Assembly: GCA_049670505.1 (NCBI GenBank)
Contig: JBATTK010000133.1
Coordinates: forward strand, 4,681 to 68,680
DNA length: 64,000 nt
Origin: Saonia sp.
Lineage (GTDB): Bacteria > Bacteroidota > Bacteroidia > Flavobacteriales > Flavobacteriaceae
Reading direction: 5' to 3'
Shown here: positions 31,821 to 39,604 of the stretch, in pieces
Layout of the letters: every line of letters starts with the position of its first letter
Position numbering within the stretch: position 1 is the stretch's first letter
Position numbers and translations under genes: made by a program
The notes under the pieces: generated by a model
Seen by the model: only the letters and a program-made list of their open reading frames with translations
What the model was told of the DNA's origin: nothing
Database searches by the model: none

Positions 31821-32927
31821 ATGCCGATTTACATGGATTCACATATTGTTCCCGGGGTCGAGGCCAAACATGCTGCTGAAGCACATAAAAAGGACCTTGG
31901 CATCCAGAATCAATTTGGTTGTAGAAATATGACCTATTGGATCGATGAAGATAGGGGAAGGGTCTTTTGTTTGATTGATGCTCCTAACGAGGAAGCTGTG
32001 AGAGAGATGCATAACCATTCCCATGGGTTGGTGCCCCATGAAATCATTCCGGTAAACAGTAAAGTTGTCGAAGCCTTTTTGGGAAGGATAGATGATCCGG
32101 AACCATACGTGGATCCAAAGGACCCCGAACTTAAAATATTTAACGATCCAGCTTTTAGGGTCATTTTAGCGATAAAGACAAAAGACGCAGGACTGCTACG
32201 CTATAATCTAGGGGAAAATAGGGCAAAGCATTTGTTTTCACTTTATTATGATACGGTCAGGGAACAAATCGAAAAATATGAGGGGAGCGAAGTAGAAATA
32301 AAGGGGATAGGTTTTGTAGTTTCTTTTGCCTCCGTTTCCATGGGGGTAGAGTGCGCCGTTGCCATCCAAAAAGCCCTACATGTAGCTGCGGAACTTATTG
32401 ATCTGCGGATGGGTCTGCACGCAGGTCTACCGGTAGATCAAAGCGACACCCTTTTTGGTAAAACGGTACAATTGGCCCGTTACCTTTGCTCTATTGGTAG
32501 GGAAAATCAGATTGTTATGTCCGCTATAGTCAGCGAACTTAATAATCCCGTTCCTTCAAAAAACAAGACATATCAGGACGGTATTAAAAGATTAAATGTC
32601 ACTGAAGAAAAATCACTTGCACTTTTCGTTGATATTTTGGACAAGAGTTGGCAGAATCCTGAGTTTGGAATTAATGACTTCTGCTATAAATTATCCATTA
32701 GCAAATCACAGCTATATAGAAAATGTAAAGGTATTACAGGAAAATCGCCCAATGCCCTTTTACGTGAATATCGATTGATTAGATCTCTGGAACTGTTAGG
32801 GAAAAAAGGATACAACGTTTCCCAGACCACCTTTGAGGCAGGATTTAACAGCCCTTCCTATTTCATCAAGTGCTTTCAACAAAGGTTTGGACTATTGCCT
32901 TTGAGTTATGCCAAATTGCAGACTTAA
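31821..32927 (+). CDS. one-component regulator: DUF4242-like N-domain + degenerate cyclase-homology domain + AraC-type HTH (paralog 1)
   Basis: N-terminus MPIYMDSH..YWIDEDRGRVFCLIDAPNEEA..HG. Middle region FRVILAIK..IGFVVSFAS..LRMGLHAGLPV..LFGKTVQLARYL. C-terminal AraC HTH (..GFNSPSYFIKCFQQRFG..). Confidence 0.75.
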   Translation: MPIYMDSHIVPGVEAKHAAEAHKKDLGIQNQFGCRNMTYWIDEDRGRVFCLIDAPNEEAVREMHNHSHGLVPHEIIPVNSKVVEAFLGRIDDPEPYVDPKDPELKIFNDPAFRVILAIKTKDAGLLRYNLGENRAKHLFSLYYDTVREQIEKYEGSEVEIKGIGFVVSFASVSMGVECAVAIQKALHVAAELIDLRMGLHAGLPVDQSDTLFGKTVQLARYLCSIGRENQIVMSAIVSELNNPVPSKNKTYQDGIKRLNVTEEKSLALFVDILDKSWQNPEFGINDFCYKLSISKSQLYRKCKGITGKSPNALLREYRLIRSLELLGKKGYNVSQTTFEAGFNSPSYFIKCFQQRFGLLPLSYAKLQT

Positions 32928-32948
32928 AAATTTAAATTGATAAACATC

Positions 32949-34022
32949 ATGCCACTTTATATGGATATACATATGGTTGATTCTGAAAACTTTACAGTTG
33001 AAGATGTAATAAAGGCGCATATGGGGGACATTGCTGTACAAGAGAAGTATGGTGTCTTACAGAGAAAATACTGGGTCAATGAACAGGACAAAATGGTATT
33101 CTGTTTGATGGAAGGGCCTAATAAAGAGGCATGCCATGCCACCCACGAAGAAGCTCATGGTATGACAGCATGCAATATAATAGAGGTATCGGAAGATGAG
33201 TATAATTTATTTATGTCCAAAAGTAGTACTAAAGAAAATGATTTAGCCTATACCCTGGATGGTGAGTTAGACGCAGGCTTTAGAACTATAATGCTGGTTA
33301 GCACTTCTGATCTTTCGGGTAAATATGGACACTATACCAATGAAATACACCGATTAATAAAACAATTCAATGGCGTAATGGTACTTCAGCCCAATGATGA
33401 GATTACGGTCTCTTTTCTCTTGGCTTCGGATGCTATTTTATGTGCTTTGGCAATAACCAAACTTTTAAAATCCATTCCTGACAATTTTGAATTCAGACTT
33501 GCTCTGGTCAGTGGAAATCCAGTGGATAAATATGGAACCGATTTATTTGAAGACACCAAACGGAAGGTAAAAATCCTATGCCAGATAGGACTGAGCAAGG
33601 TTATATATCTCGATGCCACCACGAAAGCCTTGTCGAAGAAGGAAGTCAATACTCCGAAAATGAACCATAGTGATATCAAAATAGTAGGGAACAACGATTT
33701 CTTATTGTGTGAAAAACTATCCCATATTCTAAATTTCGAATCGACTAATCCTAATTTTACAAGTGTGGAACTTGGAAATCAATTGGGCCTGAGCAAGGCT
33801 CAGACCTATCGAAAGATAAAATTGCTTACGGGCATGTCGCCCAACACGTTGATTCGAGAGCTTCGACTTCGCAAATCTTTAAAAGCCTTAAAAAAAAATA
33901 ACAAAACAGTAGCCGAAATAGCCTATGAACTAGGGTTTAATAGTCCTACCTATTTTACGCGGGTGTTCCGGAATAGATATGAAGTCCTCCCCACTTCCTT
34001 TGCCAAACTTTGCAGCTCATGA
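32949..34022 (+). CDS. DUF4242-like + degenerate cyclase-homology + AraC HTH regulator (paralog 2)
   Basis: MPLYMDIH start at ATG 32949 (the listed TTG 32937 is unlikely). Same three-part architecture. Cys/His-rich N-domain (FCL, EACHATHEEAHG, CNIIEV). Confidence 0.75.
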   Translation: MPLYMDIHMVDSENFTVEDVIKAHMGDIAVQEKYGVLQRKYWVNEQDKMVFCLMEGPNKEACHATHEEAHGMTACNIIEVSEDEYNLFMSKSSTKENDLAYTLDGELDAGFRTIMLVSTSDLSGKYGHYTNEIHRLIKQFNGVMVLQPNDEITVSFLLASDAILCALAITKLLKSIPDNFEFRLALVSGNPVDKYGTDLFEDTKRKVKILCQIGLSKVIYLDATTKALSKKEVNTPKMNHSDIKIVGNNDFLLCEKLSHILNFESTNPNFTSVELGNQLGLSKAQTYRKIKLLTGMSPNTLIRELRLRKSLKALKKNNKTVAEIAYELGFNSPTYFTRVFRNRYEVLPTSFAKLCSS

Positions 34023-34046
34023 TTTACACAATAAAAGTATAGTACG

Positions 34047-35168
34047 ATGCCTTTGTACATGGACATACACGTTATGGATTCAATTCCTATTACGGAAGAA
34101 GATGCCTATAAGTCACACTTAAGGGATTTAGCCGTGCAGGACAAATATGGTTTGATATATAAAAAATACTACATCAATTTTCAGCACAACACAATTTTTT
34201 GCCTAATGGATGGTCCTAGTAAGGAAGCCTGTCTAATTAGCCACGAAGCTGCACATGGCATTGGTCCGTGTAATATTGTTGAAGTATCGCCAGAATTTGA
34301 ATTTCATCCTTATTTGGGCGAAGGAACCAAAAATGATAAAGATCTTGCCCTTACCCTTTCTGGGGAAATAGACACTGGCTATCGTACATTAATGATGATT
34401 TGCCTGGCCGATTTTACAGGCAATTACGGATACTTAACTGATGAAATTTATCGATTGATACAAGTATACCACGGCAATAAGGTTATGCAGCCGGACGATA
34501 AATTCATAGCTTCTTTTCTGAACGCCTCCGATGCTATTTCATGTAGTATAGAGATATCACACTTGTTGAATAGCATCCCCAATAACATCGAATATAACAT
34601 GGCACTGGTGACCGGAAAACCAGTTGATGAAGTAGGATCTACCTTTTTTGGGGAGGCCAGAAAACGTCTACGGACACTTTGCCGGATCGGTCTGAGTAAA
34701 CTGATTTATATTGATGCCGGTACAAGGGCACTTATTCAAAAAGAAACGAATACTTCCGAAATAGACAAGAAAAATCTAAAATTCATATCCAAGAACGATT
34801 TTTCATTTTTAATGACACTGTACGAAATTCTTGATAGTCAAATTTTGAATTCCAATTTTAAAAGTGAAGACCTAAGTAAAGAATTGGGCTTGAGCAAATC
34901 ACAGACTTATCGAAAAATAAGGTCCCTTATCGGTATGTCCCCAAATACGTTAATACGGGAAATGCGTTTGCGACGTTCTCTCGGTGCCCTGAAAAAAAAC
35001 AGTAAAACAGTTGCGGAGATAGCTTATGATCTTGGGTTTAATAGCCCCACTTATTTTACAAGGGTCTTTAGAAGCAGATACAATACGCTCCCGACCAATT
35101 TTGCCAAACTTTCCCTAAAAAATGATGTGCTTAAGACAAATGAATCAAATGGTTCATCATTTGATTAA
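34047..35168 (+). CDS. DUF4242-like + degenerate cyclase-homology + AraC HTH regulator (paralog 3)
   Basis: MPLYMDIH.., EACLISHEAAHG..CNIVEV, and a C-terminal HTH nearly identical to paralog 2 (KTVAEIAY.LGFNSPTYFTRVFR.RY). Confidence 0.75.
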   Translation: MPLYMDIHVMDSIPITEEDAYKSHLRDLAVQDKYGLIYKKYYINFQHNTIFCLMDGPSKEACLISHEAAHGIGPCNIVEVSPEFEFHPYLGEGTKNDKDLALTLSGEIDTGYRTLMMICLADFTGNYGYLTDEIYRLIQVYHGNKVMQPDDKFIASFLNASDAISCSIEISHLLNSIPNNIEYNMALVTGKPVDEVGSTFFGEARKRLRTLCRIGLSKLIYIDAGTRALIQKETNTSEIDKKNLKFISKNDFSFLMTLYEILDSQILNSNFKSEDLSKELGLSKSQTYRKIRSLIGMSPNTLIREMRLRRSLGALKKNSKTVAEIAYDLGFNSPTYFTRVFRSRYNTLPTNFAKLSLKNDVLKTNESNGSSFD

Positions 35169-35181
35169 AAAGGTACATCTT

Positions 35182-35208
35182 TGAACCAATTGTTTCAATC
35201 TTTGAAAT
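35182..35208. promoter_or_regulatory. 27-nt composite inverted repeat TGAAC-N5-GTTTCA-N5-TGAAAT (candidate operator)
   Basis: Read directly. 21 of 27 positions are identical to the site at 38515-38541. Lies about 190 nt upstream of the 35399 ATG. Confidence 0.55.
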
Positions 35209-35398
35209 AAAACTTACATTTTTTTAAAGAAACCCACCCTAATTTTACAGTAGAAATTTCCAAGTACTTTGGCTAAAGTCAATTCGTAATACTCCCCCAA
35301 AATAGTTTTAAATAGAGACGGACATGCGATGTTCCGTAGGGACTTTGCTGTCAAAATTTGGGCATGTCAAATAGTAAAATGGACGTAATAAAAGAATA

Positions 35399-36445
35399 AT
35401 GAACACAAGTGGTCAACACAGATCGGTACAGGGAACCAAGGGACTAATTTGGCGGATTTGGGTACTCTTTGTTTTTATGCTATTAGTTTCAAGTATTTTG
35501 CTGTTAGCTTGTTTTGATAGTATACCCAAAAAATATATGGGAGACAATTTGATTAAGGATGTATATGCAATTAATTATGATGTTTCCCTATTGGATAATT
35601 CTGTGGAAAACAAAGAAATAAAATACGGTTATGAGGTGTTCAGGAAGACCCCAAAATATCTGGGGCCTAACAATGGGAATCCCGATATGGCCTATGCCGG
35701 AAACCGCTTGTCCTGTAACAACTGCCATTTGTGGTCTGGCACAAAACCCTATTCGGCTCCGTTAATAGGCATCATACAGCGATTCCCCCAATATAGAGGT
35801 AGGGAAAATAAGATGGGAACTATTGAGGAGCGCATCAATGGTTGTATGGAGCGTAGTATGAACGGCAGAATGATGCCGACGGATAGTAAAGAAATGAAGG
35901 CCATGGTTGCCTATCTAAATTGGTTAAGCCGATCTGCCCCTAAAGACGGGAAGATAAAAGGTCAGGGATTTGTAAAGATTGAAATTCCCGCGAGGGCGGT
36001 TAATCTAGAAAATGGAAAAAAGATTTTTAAATCCAACTGCATAGTATGTCATGGCAATAATGGACAAGGGGTAAAATCAACGGATGGTTTTACCTACCAA
36101 TACCCACCGCTCTGGGGAGATGATTCCTATAACAACGGGGCGGGAATGACCCGTGTGATTACAGCTGCACGATTCATCAAGGCAAACATGCCTTACGGTG
36201 CAACTTATGAAACTCCAATATTGACGGATGAAGAGGCCTATGACGTGGCAGGCTATATTAATCAGCAATTACGTTCCAAAAAAAGAAATTCAGAAAGGGA
36301 TTTTCCGGACCTAAAGAAAAAACCGGTCTCGACGCCCTATCCCCCCTATGCCGATACTTTTTCTATACAACAGCACCAATTAGGGCCCTTTCAACCTATT
36401 ATGGAATACTATAAAAATAAATTCAATATCGTTAAATCTAAGTAA
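35399..36445 (+). CDS. membrane-anchored dihaem cytochrome c, TsdA/SoxA-like (thiosulfate dehydrogenase family)
   Basis: Two haem sites (CNNCH, CIVCH). The blocks FPQYRGRENKMGTIEERINGCMERSMNG..MKAMVAYLNWLS and PPLWG..SYNNGAGM..AARFIKANMP resemble TsdA. Confidence 0.7.
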   Translation: MNTSGQHRSVQGTKGLIWRIWVLFVFMLLVSSILLLACFDSIPKKYMGDNLIKDVYAINYDVSLLDNSVENKEIKYGYEVFRKTPKYLGPNNGNPDMAYAGNRLSCNNCHLWSGTKPYSAPLIGIIQRFPQYRGRENKMGTIEERINGCMERSMNGRMMPTDSKEMKAMVAYLNWLSRSAPKDGKIKGQGFVKIEIPARAVNLENGKKIFKSNCIVCHGNNGQGVKSTDGFTYQYPPLWGDDSYNNGAGMTRVITAARFIKANMPYGATYETPILTDEEAYDVAGYINQQLRSKKRNSERDFPDLKKKPVSTPYPPYADTFSIQQHQLGPFQPIMEYYKNKFNIVKSK

Positions 36446-36451
36446 ATTATT

Positions 36452-37132
36452 ATGGAAACAAAGAACAGCAATTCAAGAAGAAAGTTTATGGGGGCGGTAG
36501 CACTCGGTTTAACCGCAAGTACCATTTCGGTAGTGACAAATCCTGTATACGCAAGTTTACCTTCCTTTGATGATGAAAAGATGGGTGAGGCAGACGATTG
36601 GTTCAAGAAAATAAAGGGCAAACACCGTATTGTCTATGATGGTTCTACGCCCCATGACGGTTTTCCCGTTATCTGGAACTGGGCCTTTTATCTGACCAAC
36701 AATGAAACGGGATCTAAGGATGATGATATTACGGCCATGACGGTCTTACGACACAACGCCATTCCTTTTGCCTTAAAATCGGAAGTGTGGAAAAAATACA
36801 AACTTGGTGAGGTTTTCGGGGTAACCGACAATGCAACCAAAGCCCCTTCTTTGCGCAATCCATATTATGAACCTAGGGAGGGAGATTTCCCCATGCCCGT
36901 GATTCAAGGGATAAAGGACTTACAGCAAAGGGGTGCACTATTCTGTGTTTGTGATCTGGCAATAAAAGTATATAGCGGGGCAGTAGCGCAAAAAATGAAC
37001 TTGGATGCTAAGCAAGTCTATGGGGAATGGATAAATGCTATCCATCCAGGAATACAATTGGTGCCATCTGGAGTGTGGGCTTTGGGTAGGGCACAAGAGA
37101 ATAACTGTGGTTATGTTTTTGCAGGGAACTAA
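36452..37132 (+). CDS. Tat-exported protein of unknown function (possibly DsrE-fold-like)
   Basis: Twin-arginine leader SRRKFMGAVALGL. The conserved GALFCVCDLA segment is reminiscent of DsrE-type proteins. The functional call is weak. Confidence 0.4.
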   Translation: METKNSNSRRKFMGAVALGLTASTISVVTNPVYASLPSFDDEKMGEADDWFKKIKGKHRIVYDGSTPHDGFPVIWNWAFYLTNNETGSKDDDITAMTVLRHNAIPFALKSEVWKKYKLGEVFGVTDNATKAPSLRNPYYEPREGDFPMPVIQGIKDLQQRGALFCVCDLAIKVYSGAVAQKMNLDAKQVYGEWINAIHPGIQLVPSGVWALGRAQENNCGYVFAGN

Positions 37133-37154
37133 TTAAAATCGTAAAGCAATAATT

Positions 37155-37568
37155 ATGAGAAAATATATCATTTTAGTTTTTGCACTATTCGGTACTTCGT
37201 GGATCCAAGCTCAAGAAGGTCCTATAAAAGTTGTATTCGATGTAACTAGTGACAAGACCGCTGTACATGGCGCCACAATAAGACACGTAAAATATATGTC
37301 CGAGGAATATCCAGACTCCAAATTTGAGGTAGTCATGTATAGCGGGGCCTATGATATGGTAAACAGGAACAAGTCCACGGTTGCTTCCGATATGGAAAAA
37401 CTGGCAAAAAGGAGAAACGTATCTTTCGTTGTTTGCAAGGCTACTATTGATAGGCATAATATAACGGCTTCCGATCTTGTTCCGGGTGTAACGACCGTAC
37501 CCAATGGCATTTATGAAATCTTTACAAAACAAAAAGAAGGCTGGGGATATATAAAGGAAGGGCAATAA
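37155..37568 (+). CDS. secreted DsrE/DsrF-like family protein
   Basis: Signal peptide, 137 aa. The KVVFDVTSD..FEVVMYSGAYDMV..VSFVVCKATI pattern matches small DsrE-like (COG1416-type) proteins. Confidence 0.6.
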   Translation: MRKYIILVFALFGTSWIQAQEGPIKVVFDVTSDKTAVHGATIRHVKYMSEEYPDSKFEVVMYSGAYDMVNRNKSTVASDMEKLAKRRNVSFVVCKATIDRHNITASDLVPGVTTVPNGIYEIFTKQKEGWGYIKEGQ

Positions 37569-37614
37569 CCGTCCTTCCTTTTACATCATCTAGAAATAAA
37601 GTATACAAAGCAAA

Positions 37615-38412
37615 ATGGAGACGCTACAAATTTTTGGTTATCTAGGAGCGTTGGCGGTAGGTATGATATTGGGATTGATGGGAAGCGGTGGATCTATGAT
37701 GGCCGTTCCTATTTTAGCCTATCTATTTCACATCAGTCCCGTTACAACAACCGCTTATTCCCTATTCGTAGTAGGTACATCCGCTTCGGTGGGTGCCTTT
37801 CGGAACTATAAAAAAGGAATGGTAGATTTCAGAATCGCTATTGTTTTTGCCATTCCCGCCTTTATTACTGTTTATATAGTGCGAAAGTTTTTAGTGCCTA
37901 TCATTCCGGAAAAGATTTTCGCTATAGGAAGTTTTATAGTAACAAAGGATATAGGCATCATGGTACTTTTCGCCATGCTCATGCTTTGTGCCTCGATTTC
38001 GATGATTAAAAAAAGAAAAAAGAAAATCGATATTATATCCGTTACCGACTACAACTACCCCACTATAGTTTTGGAAGGTATTCTGATAGGCATCTTAACA
38101 GGAATTGTTGGAATAGGAGGGGGATTTTTAATTATTCCCGCCTTGGTTTTGTTGGTAAAACTTCCTATGAAGAAAGCGGTAGGCACTTCCCTGTTCATTA
38201 TTGCCTTAAAATCGTTGATCGGGTTTATGGGGGATTTAGGTAATCTCGAAATAAATTGGTCATTTCTATTGAGTTTTACTATGGTTTCAATGCTTGGAAT
38301 ACTCTTTGGAGTTTATCTCTCTTCCTTTATCGAGGGTGAAAAACTCAAAAAGACCTTTGGCTGGCTGGTATTGGTAATGGCAATATTTATTTTCTATAAG
38401 GAACTACTGTAA
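37615..38412 (+). CDS. TauE/SafE-family sulfite/organosulfonate exporter
   Basis: Duplicated 4-TM repeats with GSGGS.. and GIGGGFLIIPAL motifs. 265 aa. Confidence 0.8.
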   Translation: METLQIFGYLGALAVGMILGLMGSGGSMMAVPILAYLFHISPVTTTAYSLFVVGTSASVGAFRNYKKGMVDFRIAIVFAIPAFITVYIVRKFLVPIIPEKIFAIGSFIVTKDIGIMVLFAMLMLCASISMIKKRKKKIDIISVTDYNYPTIVLEGILIGILTGIVGIGGGFLIIPALVLLVKLPMKKAVGTSLFIIALKSLIGFMGDLGNLEINWSFLLSFTMVSMLGILFGVYLSSFIEGEKLKKTFGWLVLVMAIFIFYKELL

Positions 38413-38514
38413 GGACAAATACTCTAATAGTAATTGGGCCACGATTGATCCAATGGTAAAGTAATGTATGAACCTGACCATTTTGTTATAAGATTCACTC
38501 ATTTAAATTAATTT

Positions 38515-38541
38515 GTGAATCAAATGTTTCAGGATTTGAAA
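38515..38541. promoter_or_regulatory. 27-nt composite inverted repeat TGAAT-N5-GTTTCA-N5-TGAAAC (candidate operator)
   Basis: Read directly. GTTTCA-N5-TGAAAC is a perfect inverted repeat. An additional GATTCAC-N16-GTGAATC inverted repeat spans 38491-38520. Confidence 0.55.
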
Positions 38542-38699
38542 CAAATCTTCTATTTTTTGGGAAGTACAAGTTGTACCTTTAAAGTAGCAGGTTATATCTA
38601 CATAGACTGTTCAAAAACTTCCCCTAATATATAGGTTGTGAAAACCTATCATTAATTTGATGGGCAGTAATGACTTTGCTCATCATAAACTTGGGGATT

Positions 38700-39584
38700 A
38701 TGAAAACATTACAACAAATATATTTTCTAATAGGATTCTTTATGTCGCTAACACTATTATCCTGTGGACCCTCCGATTCGGAACGGGATAAACACGACAT
38801 CGTGGAGGTGTTAAAAAGCGAGACCGAAACCTTTGTGCAAGGGAATTTTGACCTATGGGCGAATCATTGGAAACAAAGTTCCGATGTTCTATTTACCTAC
38901 ACCGCCAACAATGAGACTAATTTTGCGATAGGCTGGGAAAAATTAAGCGGGCTTATGAAGCAGCATATGGATACCGGAGTCGATTTGGAATATCCGGATT
39001 TTTCACGCGATTACCATACAATTAGGGTAGAGGGTAATATGGCTTGGGCACATTTTACACAAATCGATACCTTGGATGGCAAACCGACCCAAAAACACGA
39101 ATCACGAACTTTGGAGCGAGTCAATGGCGATTGGAAAATTATAGGGGCCAATATTGTGAACCAAACCTCCTTTGCTTCAAATCAATATTTGCTTAATGCC
39201 AAAGAGGTACATGGTGAGACCCATATTTCTTTGGAAGAATTTCCAAAAGGGATGATCATAAATCATGTGGAAGGTTGGGGCGGAATGACCGTTGCCATCA
39301 ATGAACCTCCTGCCGGTACCGATTTTACCCCCTTGTTGGAAGGATTGGAAAACAACAGTTGCCAAGTGCCCCATTGGGGCTATTTGGAAAAAGGAGCCAT
39401 ACGTATGAAATATGACGATGGCAAAGAGGAAGTGCTAAAAGCAGGCGAGGTTTTTTATATGCCCCCGGGGCATACTGGAGTCGTTGAAAAAGATGTGCGC
39501 TTAATTGACTTTAGCCCCCAACAGGAGTTCAAGGAAGTGGTGCATCATATTGAGGAGAAAGTAGCGGCAATGCAAAAACAATAA
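38700..39584 (+). CDS. lipoprotein with an NTF2/SnoaL-like N-domain and a cupin-like C-domain
   Basis: ATG 38700 gives the lipobox signal MKTLQQIYFLIGFFMSLTLLSC. DUF4440/SnoaL-like WANHW..GDWKIIG. Cupin-like C-terminal region (..VFYMPPGHTGV..). Confidence 0.55.
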   Translation: MKTLQQIYFLIGFFMSLTLLSCGPSDSERDKHDIVEVLKSETETFVQGNFDLWANHWKQSSDVLFTYTANNETNFAIGWEKLSGLMKQHMDTGVDLEYPDFSRDYHTIRVEGNMAWAHFTQIDTLDGKPTQKHESRTLERVNGDWKIIGANIVNQTSFASNQYLLNAKEVHGETHISLEEFPKGMIINHVEGWGGMTVAINEPPAGTDFTPLLEGLENNSCQVPHWGYLEKGAIRMKYDDGKEEVLKAGEVFYMPPGHTGVVEKDVRLIDFSPQQEFKEVVHHIEEKVAAMQKQ

Positions 39585-39604
39585 TCAAATAAAATACGGA
39601 TTGA

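Noticed and set aside
35322-35369. Inverted repeat GACATGC ... GCATGTC upstream of the TsdA-like gene
   Set aside because: It is a single 7-bp stem with a loop of about 30 nt and is not repeated elsewhere in the window. That is too weak to call a regulatory element.
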